A DNA stretch of 64,000 nucleotides from an uncultured cyanobacterium (GTDB lineage Bacteria > Cyanobacteriota > Cyanobacteriia > Cyanobacteriales > Nostocaceae): positions 224,001 through 288,000 of the forward strand of contig CAVUDP010000003.1 of the NCBI GenBank assembly GCA_963740315.1. Reading direction: 5' to 3'. A program made the translations under genes and the position numbers. Numbering within the stretch: the stretch's first letter is position 1; each line of letters begins with the position of its first letter. A model generated the notes under the pieces. It saw only the letters and a list, made by a program, of their open reading frames with translations, ran no database searches and was not told the origin of the DNA. Below are positions 23,659 through 33,625 of this stretch, piece by piece.

Positions 23659-24828
23659 ATGCATTGGCGGCGATTTTTTTCATTTGTAATCCTTGGTTTT
23701 GCGCTGAGTATCTTCTGTGCCTGTACAAACCTAAATCAAGAAGCTACGAAAACACCTCAAAATAAACCAGATTCAATACCCCCACAGACACAAGAAATTG
23801 TTAAAAGTGCGGGTGGGGATGGTTTATTTAATCCCCCTCGTGGAGATGTGCGTTTGGCGGTTATCAGCGATTTGAATGCTGCTTATGGTTCCACCGACTA
23901 CGACCCAGAGGTAGATAAAGGAATTAATTTATTACCATTTTGGCAACCAGATATGGTAGTTTGTAGCGGCGATATGGTAGCCGGTCAGAAAACGTCACTG
24001 ACAGAATCACAAATTAAAGCAATGTGGGCAGCTTTCGACGACCATGTAGCAGCACCTTTACGTCAAGCAAACATACCTTTCGGCTTCACCATCGGCAATC
24101 ATGACGCTTCTGGTGCTAAAGGAAAAGAAGGAAACTTTAAATTTCAACAAGAAAGAGATTTAGCTTCCGAATACTGGAATAATCCCAAACACGATACTGG
24201 AATTGAATTCATCGATCGCAACGAATTCCCATTTTTCTACACCTTTAAACATAAAGATATCTTTTTCATGGCTTGGGATGGTTCAACACATAGAATTCCT
24301 CCCGAAAAACTGGCTTGGGTAGAAAAAGCATTAGCCACTCCCGAAGCCCAACAAGCCAAAATGCGAATTTTATTAAGTCACTTACCTTTATACGCAGTGG
24401 CAGAAGGTCGTAACAAATTCGGTGCAGTGATGGCAAACGCCGACGAATTGCGATCGATGTTAGAAAAATACAACGTTCATACGTACATTAGCGGTCATCA
24501 GCACGCATATTATCCCGGTCATCGCGGTAAATTGCAGCTACTCCACACGGGAATTTTAGGTTCGGGTCCCCGTCCGTTAATTGATAGTAAAGTGCCGTCA
24601 AGCAAAGCAATTACCGTGGTTGATATTAACTTTGATTCCCCAGAATTAACTACATATACCACCTACGACATAAAAACCTTAAAGCTAATAGAATACAAAC
24701 AACTTCCCAGGTTTTTAACAGGTCATAACGGTATAGTATTACGCCGAGATGTAGAATACGAAAACTTAAAAGCAGAAGAAAAAGCCGCTTGTGTCGAGAA
24801 ATTAGGTGAAAAACTCTGCGGAAATTAA
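23659..24828 (+). CDS. calcineurin-like metallophosphoesterase, probable lipoprotein
   Basis: SDLN, GDMV, GNHD, GHQH motifs; Cys after signal peptide. Confidence 0.88.
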   Translation: MHWRRFFSFVILGFALSIFCACTNLNQEATKTPQNKPDSIPPQTQEIVKSAGGDGLFNPPRGDVRLAVISDLNAAYGSTDYDPEVDKGINLLPFWQPDMVVCSGDMVAGQKTSLTESQIKAMWAAFDDHVAAPLRQANIPFGFTIGNHDASGAKGKEGNFKFQQERDLASEYWNNPKHDTGIEFIDRNEFPFFYTFKHKDIFFMAWDGSTHRIPPEKLAWVEKALATPEAQQAKMRILLSHLPLYAVAEGRNKFGAVMANADELRSMLEKYNVHTYISGHQHAYYPGHRGKLQLLHTGILGSGPRPLIDSKVPSSKAITVVDINFDSPELTTYTTYDIKTLKLIEYKQLPRFLTGHNGIVLRRDVEYENLKAEEKAACVEKLGEKLCGN

Positions 24829-24845
24829 TAAAAAGTTAGAAGTTT

Positions 24846-24916
24846 GTAGGTTGGGTTAAAGGCGCACCAATAATATTTATGTTTGACGAAGAGTAAAAAT
24901 GCGCCGTAACCCAACA
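24846..24916. repeat. GTAG-initiated REP-like hairpin, subtype A
   Basis: GTAGGTTGGGTTAAAGGCGCA...TGCGCCGTAACCCAACA; 3 mismatches to 29098-29168. Confidence 0.85.
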
Positions 24917-25363
24917 TTTGTTATGTGATTTTATATGAGATTACTTTAATCCATCATATTTTTAAGTCTTCGTTTTCTGCTCTTTCAATATCTTATCTAA
25001 AATAATTTTTTATTACGTTTGCGTAAATATTGTTAAGTAAGAACGTATAAATAGTATGCGTTTCTGTTTATTAAGTTACGCAAAAACTAAGTCGTGAGTA
25101 AGGTAGTATAAATAATCATCTAAATTGTACTCGAATTCCGGTGTCCAGAAAGGATTGCGGTTCGCTAAACCTTGTCTAATTTCTACTGCATTACACTTTT
25201 CTGAAGCGATATGAGCAAAAAACTACCTTGATATAGAATTGACAAATATATTATTTTATACATTGTTTGATGAAAAATGCGAGTATTACTTTCGGAGTTA
25301 AATATGATATTTAATTGCATCTATAGATATTTGATTGATAGTTGCCAGTTATCAACAGCATAG

Positions 25364-28060
25364 TTGTTGATACAAATATATATTTGGCGAAAGCCGATGA
25401 AAAAGTCTAATCGATATATAAAAACTAAAAAAATAGTAACTCAATCAGGTCAATTAATGGTTAGTAATAATCCTTTAGTCGAAGTTTATTGTACTCGTCC
25501 GAGTTGTCAGAATCCGGTAAATACAATTCCGGAAAAAAATCTTTATACCAAACCTATTAAACAAAGATTTTGTGCTAATTGTGGAATGCCTTTGATTTTA
25601 GAAGGGTGTTTTGTGACACTTAGACCATTAGTTGCAGAATCAGAAAGAGGTGGATTTGGTAGAACATTTTTAGCGCGAGATTTGAAGTTTCCAGACTTAC
25701 CTTTGCGGGTTCTCAAGCAGTTGCATCCTAGAGTTTCTCCTTCAGAGTCTCAGTTGGCAGATATAGAAAGATTGTTTCGGAGAGAAGCAAGCGTTTTAGG
25801 AAAACTGACGCATTCACAAATCCCGCGTGCGTGGGCTTTTGCAAAAATTGAAGCACCCCACAATCTTCAAGAATCTACCCTACAACCGCATCAAGCACAG
25901 ACTTTTTTCTACTTGGTGCAAGACTTTATTGCAGGTGAGAATTTAGCCCAAGAATTAAATCAAAAAGGACAATTTTCAGAAGCAGAAGTTGTGGAAATTA
26001 TGCTGCAACTCTTGGATATCCTCAATTATGTTCATGGTGAAGGAGTGATACATAGAGATATTAAACCTTCAAATATTATGCGAGCATCGAAATCTAATAC
26101 CCTTCATTTGATAGATTTTGGTGCAGTCAAACAAGTCGTTGTTACGGGGGTTCCTACAGCCCAATCGGTTGTGATCGGAACTCCAGATTTTGCCCCACCA
26201 GAACAGATGACGGGTAAACCTGTATCAGCTTCATCGGATTTATATTCTGTCGCTGCAACTTGTGTTTGTTTGCTTGCAGGTAAAGAAGCGCAGGAAATTC
26301 GCGAATATCATACCTGGAGTTGGCGTTACGCTAACGTCAACCCGCAATTGGCAGATATTTTAGATAAAATGCTGTCGTTTCAGCCACTAGATAGGTATCA
26401 GTCAGCGCCAGAAGTTACTGCTGTTCTTCTCTTACTCAAACCCCAAGCTCCACCAGTAACCCAGCCGTCGCCATCCCTGTCTTACCCTCCGCCTCAGCCA
26501 ATACCAGCGAATCTGTCTGGCGTACCCAAGTCAGTGAAACCAACAGTTACTTCAAAACCAGATCGAACAAATCCTCTTCAGATAATAAATAAAAAGTTGT
26601 GGTTGATAGCAGGAGGCATTGGTGCATTATTAGTGGGTGCGATCGCCTATGCATTTATTGTAAAACCAGATCCCCCATTGCTTGCTGACAACTTTTTTAG
26701 TAGAGGAGAAGAATCTTTATTAAGAGAAAAAAACTTTACCAGCATATTATGCAAGCAAGCTTTGCAAGAAAAACAAGAAGGAATGATAGCCTTTGAAAAA
26801 CAACAATATCAAAATGCCCAACAAAACTTTCAAACAGCGATAAATTTATTTAGACAAGCAACTAATCAATGTGCAATCGATCCAGAAACGCTGATTTTTC
26901 TTAACAATGCTAAAGCTAATATTAAAGGTAATCCTTTAACAATTGCTGCCGCCATCCCCGGTAAAAATAGAGAGCGTAATACAAACATATCCGAACAAAT
27001 ATTGCGCGGAGTTGCTTCAGTTCAAGAAACATTGAACAATCAAGATGGTATAGAAGGAAGACTATTGCAAGTTGTCATCGCTAGAGATGAAAATAATTCC
27101 GATCCAGATGAACAAGACACAGCCCCAAAAGTAGCCGAACAATTTGCCAAAAATCAGATTCCTGGCGATCGCGCATTCAACGGACAAATATTAGGTGTAA
27201 TTGGTCATTTTACCAGCGATGCAACTAAAGAGGCAGGAGAAATTTATAGAAAAGAAAAGTTGGTGGCGATTTCTCCCACGAGTACTGCTGTTAGAAAGTC
27301 TGAAGCTAGCGGAAAATCACAATATAAATATCCTTTAAGCCCCTATGTTTTCCGTACAGCCCCTAATGATGCGGTTGCCGCTACCGATTTGGTTGACTAT
27401 GCACGCCAAAATATTGGTTCTGGAAATGCAGCAGTTTTTTATAATTCTAAAAAATCTTACAGCACTTCTTTAAAAGAATCATTCGAGCAAAAATATGCTT
27501 CTATAGGAAATGTAATAGAGTGCGATTTAGCTGATTCCGGAATTGATAATTGTCAGATAGGTGAAAATGTCAAATTATTAATGCTATCTATCGGTACGGA
27601 AGAAGCAACAAAGGCTTCATTAATTATTTCTAAGTTTAAAAATCAACCTTTGCTGGGTGGAGATTCTCTTTATAATGCCGATAATGTATCATCTACATTT
27701 GGCAATCAAGCTGAAAATCTAGTTCTTTCCGTACCAATTCATATTGAACGTACCGAAAAATCTTTTAGAAACCAATCGGTAAAACTTTGGGGAACTCAAT
27801 ATGTAGGTTGGCGGGCTGCCACAGCTTATGATGCGACTCAGGCAATTGTCACAGCATTAAAAAAACTAGAAAATAATCCCACTCGTCAAGGTTTGTACGA
27901 ACAATTAAATAGCCCTTATTTTTCCGCGTTCGGTGCTACGGGAGAGGTACAATTTAATAGATTCCACGATCGCCAAGTCGATTCCGCAGACGATAATCAA
28001 TTAGGCGTATTAGTAAAAGTGCAGCAGAAATGTAAACCCCAAGATGCTCCAAAATATTAA
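25364..28060 (+). CDS. Ser/Thr protein kinase with N-terminal 4-Cys motif, TM and periplasmic-binding-protein-like sensor domain
   Basis: GGFGRTF, HRDIKPSN, DFG, APPE; TM; GHFTS/SPTST/FRTAPND; true start probably near 25457. Confidence 0.92.
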   Translation: MLIQIYIWRKPMKKSNRYIKTKKIVTQSGQLMVSNNPLVEVYCTRPSCQNPVNTIPEKNLYTKPIKQRFCANCGMPLILEGCFVTLRPLVAESERGGFGRTFLARDLKFPDLPLRVLKQLHPRVSPSESQLADIERLFRREASVLGKLTHSQIPRAWAFAKIEAPHNLQESTLQPHQAQTFFYLVQDFIAGENLAQELNQKGQFSEAEVVEIMLQLLDILNYVHGEGVIHRDIKPSNIMRASKSNTLHLIDFGAVKQVVVTGVPTAQSVVIGTPDFAPPEQMTGKPVSASSDLYSVAATCVCLLAGKEAQEIREYHTWSWRYANVNPQLADILDKMLSFQPLDRYQSAPEVTAVLLLLKPQAPPVTQPSPSLSYPPPQPIPANLSGVPKSVKPTVTSKPDRTNPLQIINKKLWLIAGGIGALLVGAIAYAFIVKPDPPLLADNFFSRGEESLLREKNFTSILCKQALQEKQEGMIAFEKQQYQNAQQNFQTAINLFRQATNQCAIDPETLIFLNNAKANIKGNPLTIAAAIPGKNRERNTNISEQILRGVASVQETLNNQDGIEGRLLQVVIARDENNSDPDEQDTAPKVAEQFAKNQIPGDRAFNGQILGVIGHFTSDATKEAGEIYRKEKLVAISPTSTAVRKSEASGKSQYKYPLSPYVFRTAPNDAVAATDLVDYARQNIGSGNAAVFYNSKKSYSTSLKESFEQKYASIGNVIECDLADSGIDNCQIGENVKLLMLSIGTEEATKASLIISKFKNQPLLGGDSLYNADNVSSTFGNQAENLVLSVPIHIERTEKSFRNQSVKLWGTQYVGWRAATAYDATQAIVTALKKLENNPTRQGLYEQLNSPYFSAFGATGEVQFNRFHDRQVDSADDNQLGVLVKVQQKCKPQDAPKY

Positions 28061-28126
28061 TTTTGTCTGATAGCGGAATAAATTATCTAAATTATTTTGG
28101 GTTGCACTCCATTTCATAAAACCTAC

Positions 28127-28258
28127 TAAGTAGGTTGGCGTTGAAAATTGTAACTAAGAGAAGGGAGTAGGGAGTAGGCAATAGGGAGTAGGAGTAAGGC
28201 TTTTAATCCAATTTACCCAACCGTTACATAGTTCGGTTTATTTGTACCAACTTGCTTA
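28127..28258. mobile_element. MITE-like element, family 3
   Basis: TIR TAAGTAGGTTGG / CCAACTTGCTTA (10/12) enclosing GGGAGTA repeats. Confidence 0.65.
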
Positions 28259-28289
28259 ACTAGGAATCAGAAATGAATAGGAAATTCAG

Positions 28290-28500
28290 GTAGGTTGGGT
28301 TAAAGGTGCATGAATAATTTTATAGTTTATCAAAACTACAGACGCACCATAACCCATCATTAACGTTTTAGTCTTATATAAATTTGTTCAACATACATTT
28401 ACAATTTAGAAGCGTATTGTTTAGTTGGGTGTTGAATATTGATTTGAATTATTTAGTTTAATTTAGATTGTGTTGGGTTTGCTTTCTCAACATAACCTAC
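28290..28500. repeat. REP-like subtype B (28290-28359) paired with an inverted degenerate unit ending CTAC (28471-28500)
   Basis: GTAGGTTGGGTTAAAGGTGC...GCACCATAACCC; later TGTTGGGTTT...CATAACCTAC. Confidence 0.75.
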
Positions 28501-28532
28501 AAACCGATCGTCGTTCTAATAAAAGTTCTATT

Positions 28533-28877
28533 TCAGCAATAACAGCCTACATCTTCACCACATTCATCGGCTAAATAGCAAAGCGCTCGGAAGCGTAACC
28601 CTGTCACTTCTTCATAGAGTGGATTAAGTTTGCATAAGGGCGGAATATGTATAAGCTTACGACCAAATAAACAAATATCTCGCTCAAAAGGGCACTGTAC
28701 GGGAATCATCCGGCAAAGAAAATGGGCGATCGCAACGTTGTTAATCTCAAGTTTATTCAGCCATTTACGTATAGGATTTAATCCACCGAACAAAGGCATT
28801 TGAGGATTAATTGAATCAATTGAATCAAAAGTTGCTATATGAGTACGTCCGATTAAGTTCAACATGACTGCATCCAA
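28533..28877 (-). CDS. Mo-dependent nitrogenase C-terminal domain protein
   Basis: CRMIPVQCPFERD...HIPPLCKLNPLYEE...LRFRALCYLADECGED. Confidence 0.88.
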   Translation of the reverse strand: MDAVMLNLIGRTHIATFDSIDSINPQMPLFGGLNPIRKWLNKLEINNVAIAHFLCRMIPVQCPFERDICLFGRKLIHIPPLCKLNPLYEEVTGLRFRALCYLADECGEDVGCYC

Positions 28878-29097
28878 ATTTATCTAACTTTTAAGCTATA
28901 TCTGTAGTTTATCCATAAGCTATATGAATGTAAACCTCTTATTAATATAAAAAACATTTATAGTATATAAGTTTAGCTTAACCCTGCTTTTTTACCTATA
29001 AAGGAAATTTATTAAATGGAGGCAGAGCCTATAAATCCTGCTTCCCAGGCTCAGACTGGAAACTACTTCCCCCTCTTCCCCCTCACTCAACTATTTT

Positions 29098-29168
29098 GTA
29101 GGTTGGGTTAAAGACGCACCAATAATATTTATGTTTGACAAAGAATAAAAATGCGCCGTAACCCAACA
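29098..29168. repeat. REP-like hairpin, subtype A
   Basis: Near-identical to 24846-24916. Confidence 0.85.
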
Positions 29169-29187
29169 TTTTCACCAAACCAACTAA

Positions 29188-29280
29188 TTAGGAATTAGTT
29201 CTTGTACTACCATCTGGCATAATTGTGTCGCAAAAAATGGCACCTACCAAGTATGGAGCGCCTTCCATATTAAATACGTT
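29188..29280 (-). pseudogene. pentapeptide-repeat protein C-terminal remnant
   Basis: Reads NVFNMEGAPYLVGAIFCDTIMPDGSTRTNS*; shares N[IM]EG...IMP[DN]G tail with 33740-34186. Confidence 0.7.
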
Positions 29281-29318
29281 TCATCATGGCGATTACCTAT
29301 GTCCTAAGTCCCTCCGGG

Positions 29319-29690
29319 AGAACCAGCCAGGAAATTAATTCAGTAAAGCAACAGCAACAATTATTACAATTAATTGAGACGATTTTGATCTATAAATTAC
29401 CCAACATGGATATCAAGGAGATACAAGAAATGTTTGGATTAAGCGATTTGAAGAAAACACGAGTATATCAGCAAGCGTTTGAAGAAGGAAAAATGGAAGG
29501 AAAAATGGAAGGAAAAATGGAAGGAAAAATGGAAGGAAAAACAGAAGGAATAGAAGAAGGAGAACGTATAGGAAAGTTACAAGCAGTACCACCAATGCTA
29601 GCTGCTGGTTTAACTGTAGAACAGATAGCACAAGCTTTAGGTTTAAGTGTGGATGAGGTGAGACAAGTAAGCCAAGAACAATCTCTGTAA
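29319..29690 (+). pseudogene. Rpn-family (DUF2887-type) C-terminal fragment; possible independent 86-aa ORF from 29430
   Basis: LIETILIYKLP...IQEMFGLSDLKKTRVYQQAFEEG(KMEG)4...GLTVEQIAQALGL; nuclease N-terminus absent. Confidence 0.8.
29487..29540 (+). repeat. 12-bp coding tandem repeat
   Basis: GGAAAAATGGAA x4 plus a partial unit, encoding (GKME)n. Confidence 0.9.
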
Positions 29691-29705
29691 CTCCTACATT
29701 TATCA

Positions 29706-29844
29706 ATATCTCCCACTAGAAACCCGCTTTCTTTTCGTGAAAAAACGATTGACCGCATAAGCACGGCGAGCAACACGTGAATATTTCGTTGTGAAATCAT
29801 TAATAAACCGGGTTATTTTGAGCTTGCCCTCGAATGGTGCAATA
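29706..29844. mobile_element. degenerate MITE-like repeat
   Basis: Internal AGAAACCCGCTTT / AAACCGGGTT inverted motifs and TGGTGCAATA end. Confidence 0.4.
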
Positions 29845-29911
29845 AATCCATTTCAATAAACCGAAGGTAATTAGTTCCGGAAAATTGCACTACCTAGTGG
29901 ACTCAAAATAA

Positions 29912-30493
29912 TCAACTCAACCACTTTTCAATAAACCAATCAATCACCATGACTAAGTTTTCTTCTTCTGGTTCATAATATCTCTCTGTCGTCGCAACTG
30001 GAAAAAAGTAACCAATAGAATGTAAAAATACTTCTATATCTCGTTCTAAGTTATCTATATTAAATAAATTAGTTTCAATACCTTCTGTCAGAATTTTTGA
30101 AACATTTTTCCGAGTCCAATACTCTTGCTCTTTTAATAAATTTGGTTTTAAGCGAATTACAGCACGAGCTAATTCTGCTGCATGAGAACCGCTATTGCGC
30201 GTTTCTTGAGATTCACGGAAACGATTAAGAATATAAGCCTTAAGCTTTTCGTGTGGAGGCTTAGAGGAATTTAAAATTTTATCTGTATATGCTATATGCT
30301 GTTGTGCAAAAGTTTCAGTACTTGCAATTAAAATATCATCTTTATTCTTGAAGTATAAATACAGCGTCCCCACAGCAATACCTGCATCTTTAGCAATTTC
30401 TTGCATTTTTGTTTTTTGAATTCCGTATTTACGGAGACGCTGTTTCGCTGCATTTAAAATTGCTTTCCTCTTTTCCGGGTCAAGTCTTTGCAT
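29912..30493 (-). CDS. TetR/AcrR-family regulator
   Basis: IAKDAGIAVGTLYLYFKNKDD HTH; likely start MQRLDPEKR at 30493. Confidence 0.92.
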   Translation of the reverse strand: MQRLDPEKRKAILNAAKQRLRKYGIQKTKMQEIAKDAGIAVGTLYLYFKNKDDILIASTETFAQQHIAYTDKILNSSKPPHEKLKAYILNRFRESQETRNSGSHAAELARAVIRLKPNLLKEQEYWTRKNVSKILTEGIETNLFNIDNLERDIEVFLHSIGYFFPVATTERYYEPEEENLVMVIDWFIEKWLS

Positions 30494-30527
30494 TGAAATA
30501 AATGATTTGCTCCACAATTAAATTGAT

Positions 30528-30674
30528 GTAGGGTGTGTTAGACGCACAAGTATGTATGGCTGTGAAAAAAAATAAGTTTAATGCGTCGTAATGCACCAAT
30601 TCCGGATGGTGCGTTACGGCAAATTCTAACTTACTCAAACTATCAAATTTTGACGTAGCCGTAACACACCCTAC
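30528..30674. repeat. REPIN-like doublet (two inverted REP-like hairpins)
   Basis: Begins GTAGGGTGTGTTA, ends TAACACACCCTAC (13-bp perfect inverted ends), two internal hairpins. Confidence 0.85.
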
Positions 30675-30707
30675 AATCTTTTCCGGGTCGAGTTTTTGCA
30701 TTTTAGA

Positions 30708-32066
30708 CTATTTTCGTTTCCATACTTTTACTTTAATGCCATTTTTCGGACGCAATGTAAAAGTTGGGTCGATTTCTATGTTTTGATTTGGCAATAATTC
30801 TAATTTGAATCGTTGACCAATCAAAGCAATAATAATTGTCGCTTCCATCAACGCAAAGTTTTGACCGATACAAATTCTTTTTCCTCCACCAAAGGGGAAA
30901 TAAGCAAATTTTGGTCTTTGATTTACTTTCTCTGGTAAAAAGTTATCTGGATTAAATGTATCGGGATTTTCCCAAAATTCGGGATGACGATGAATCATAA
31001 ATGCTCCTACAGTAACAATGGAATCTTTAGGAATGAGATAGCCATTTATTTCGTCATCTTCTTTCGGATATCTTGGCATTCCCCAAGCAGGAGGATATAA
31101 ACGCAAAGTTTCATCAAATACTCTCCTTGTATATTTAAGTTGAGGTAACTTCTCAAAGCTGGGATTACTACCGTTCAAAACTTCTCTTAATTCCGATCGT
31201 AGTTTGTCTGCAATATCTGGATGTTCAGCTAATAAATACCAAGTCCAAGCTAAACCAGATGCAACAGTTTCGTGCCCTGCAACTAATAAAGTGATTGCTT
31301 CATTTTGAAGTTGCTTGTCGCTCATACCTTCCCCTGTTTCCTCATCCCGTGCTGACATTAACATCGAGAGTAAATCATTTCTTTCTGTAGGATTTTGACG
31401 ACGAGAATTGATAATATCTAATACTAAATTATCCAGAGTTTGTTTCGCTTTACGAAAATGCCGATTTCTAAGTGTTGGTATCCATAATGGTTCCGTCCAT
31501 AGATTATTTATTTTGTAATTAACAAACTCATATCCAGTGCGAAAAGCTTGACCTAAAACGCTATCTTCATCGCTAATATCTTTACTAAATAAAGTTTGTC
31601 CGGCAATTTTCAACGTTAATCGTAACGTTTCTTCCGCAATATCAATTACTTCACCATCCGGTTTATTTTCCCATTCCTGTAAAAAAGATTCCGTACAGCT
31701 AACCATCACATCAGCTAAATTCGCTAACTGCTTCATGTGAAAAGCTGGTTGCATTAACCGACGATTTTTCAGCCAAGAATCCCCTTCGCTGGTGAGAATA
31801 CTTTCACCCATCATTAGGTTTAAGGGCTTATTTACAACATCGGGTTTTGAATAAAGCTCTTGATGGCTAGATAAAACGTGTTCCGCATAACTTGGATGAG
31901 CAAACAGATAAGCCGAGTAATTGGGCATTATCGGCAAACGCACTAAATCCCCGTACTGCTTCCACATCAGGTTGTAGAAATTAAGAACGTTTTCTTGGAT
32001 CTCTTTAGAGTTGAATATTAGATATCCGGGTTTTGTGGGTTGTGATTTGCGACTTTGTACCGTCAT
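30708..32066 (-). CDS. cytochrome P450
   Basis: AGHET, ETLRLYPP and FGGGKRICIG heme motif. Confidence 0.97.
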   Translation of the reverse strand: MTVQSRKSQPTKPGYLIFNSKEIQENVLNFYNLMWKQYGDLVRLPIMPNYSAYLFAHPSYAEHVLSSHQELYSKPDVVNKPLNLMMGESILTSEGDSWLKNRRLMQPAFHMKQLANLADVMVSCTESFLQEWENKPDGEVIDIAEETLRLTLKIAGQTLFSKDISDEDSVLGQAFRTGYEFVNYKINNLWTEPLWIPTLRNRHFRKAKQTLDNLVLDIINSRRQNPTERNDLLSMLMSARDEETGEGMSDKQLQNEAITLLVAGHETVASGLAWTWYLLAEHPDIADKLRSELREVLNGSNPSFEKLPQLKYTRRVFDETLRLYPPAWGMPRYPKEDDEINGYLIPKDSIVTVGAFMIHRHPEFWENPDTFNPDNFLPEKVNQRPKFAYFPFGGGKRICIGQNFALMEATIIIALIGQRFKLELLPNQNIEIDPTFTLRPKNGIKVKVWKRK

Positions 32067-32423
32067 AAGACACCTCTCAGAATAATGAATAATGAATAAG
32101 TTATCATAATATTCCTTATAGCAATATTTGAATGGGTTCGTTTATGCCCGAAATTATCTAGAGACGAGACGTAGCAATACACCCCGTCGGAATTAATCAA
32201 ACTTCCAGATTCCTTAAAGACTCACGAATCATGATTTAAGGTTTATGAAAAAGAAGCAACTGCCATAGCCTAAAATTTATAATTTTGTTTTCTATAACAC
32301 TATTCAAGTTCCTCACCTTTGGAAGGAGGACTTATAAATAAAAATTATCTCAAGAGTTAGATGTAGAATTGCCGCTTTAATGGAAAAATACAATAACAAA
32401 AATTAAACGTATAATTAGTTAGC

Positions 32424-33623
32424 ATGAATAGGTTAAATTGTAATTTTTATAGAAGAATAAAACAGGGAGTTTTTTATTTGTCAATCGGGATATTTAGCAG
32501 CGTTATTCCTTTAACTATATCTCGTCCTGCTAATGCCCAAAATTATTCTGATATCAACGGTCATTGGGCAGAAGAATGCATTCAAAAACTCAGCGCCCAA
32601 GGAATTTTATCGGGATATTCCAACGGTATTTTTCGACCTAACAATATAATTAGCCGTGCCGAATATGCGGCGATGATGACAAAAGCTTTTCCCTATATTC
32701 CGGCAACACGTCCAGCGATAAATTTTAATGACGTTTCATCTATTCATTGGGCTAAAGAACCCATCCGTAATGCCTATACAAAACGATTTCTTTCTGGCTA
32801 TCCCAATCAACTTTTTAATCCCAATCAAAAAGTTTCTCGTGTAGAAGCTTTTGTAGCTTTAGCAACTGGTTTAAATTATTCTGTTCCCTCTTTCCCAAAC
32901 CAAATTCTTAATGCTATTTATGATGATGCGAATCAGATTCCGGAGTATGCAAGAGGACTGATTGCCGCAGCTACAAAACAAGGAGTTGTGATTACTTCCC
33001 CTAAGCCTCGGTTTAAAAAACGATTAATTAGCCCATCCGAACCTGTTACACGGGGACAAATAGCGGCTGCTTTATGTCAAATTAAAGGATTGTCCGGTGT
33101 TGCCAATGAATATGTAGTCAAACCTAATAATAATCCCCCACAAAATCAACCCGATGATGTTCCGATTAATTTAGGACAAACCTGCACCAACGAAGCCATA
33201 GGTTATACAGTTAGTTACCCCGTAGGATGGCAAACTAATTCTGGAGACGTTGTAAAGCAGTGTCAAATATTTGATTCACGCTCAATTCAACTGCGAGAAA
33301 GAAGCGAAGATTTTGATGAAGCAGTATATTTTGACTTGGAAAATGTCCCATTTGAGCGAATTTTAAATGCACCAAGCAAAGGTTTACGAGAACTTTCTCG
33401 TCGCGAAACAACAGTTGGCGATCGCCGTGCTGTAGTCACTGAAACTGAGTCTACAGGTTTGACTCTTTTGCCTAAAGGAGTGCGATCTTATAAATATACG
33501 ATCGACTTCAATAATAAAACTTTGATTGTGGTTACTTATGACGTAAAAAGTCAAAACTATCAAAGAAATAAAAAAGTACTCGATAAAATGATTGAGAGCA
33601 TTAAATTTTCAAATTCTAATTAG
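32424..33623 (+). CDS. S-layer homology (SLH) domain protein
   Basis: Three SLH repeats (GHWA...FRPN...SRAE etc.) and a C-terminal domain starting GYTVSYPVGW. Confidence 0.88.
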   Translation: MNRLNCNFYRRIKQGVFYLSIGIFSSVIPLTISRPANAQNYSDINGHWAEECIQKLSAQGILSGYSNGIFRPNNIISRAEYAAMMTKAFPYIPATRPAINFNDVSSIHWAKEPIRNAYTKRFLSGYPNQLFNPNQKVSRVEAFVALATGLNYSVPSFPNQILNAIYDDANQIPEYARGLIAAATKQGVVITSPKPRFKKRLISPSEPVTRGQIAAALCQIKGLSGVANEYVVKPNNNPPQNQPDDVPINLGQTCTNEAIGYTVSYPVGWQTNSGDVVKQCQIFDSRSIQLRERSEDFDEAVYFDLENVPFERILNAPSKGLRELSRRETTVGDRRAVVTETESTGLTLLPKGVRSYKYTIDFNNKTLIVVTYDVKSQNYQRNKKVLDKMIESIKFSNSN

Positions 33624-33625
33624 AG

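Noticed and set aside
28533..28877. Nitrogen-fixation locus suggested by domain name
   Set aside because: This small domain occurs outside nif clusters and no nif genes are present
29413..29800. Antisense ORFs with FFLP/IFPS repeats
   Set aside because: Shadow translations of the 12-bp repeat in the Rpn fragment
30480..30701. 73-aa ORF as an independent protein gene
   Set aside because: Only the first 8 codons are gene-derived; the rest is translated repeat sequence
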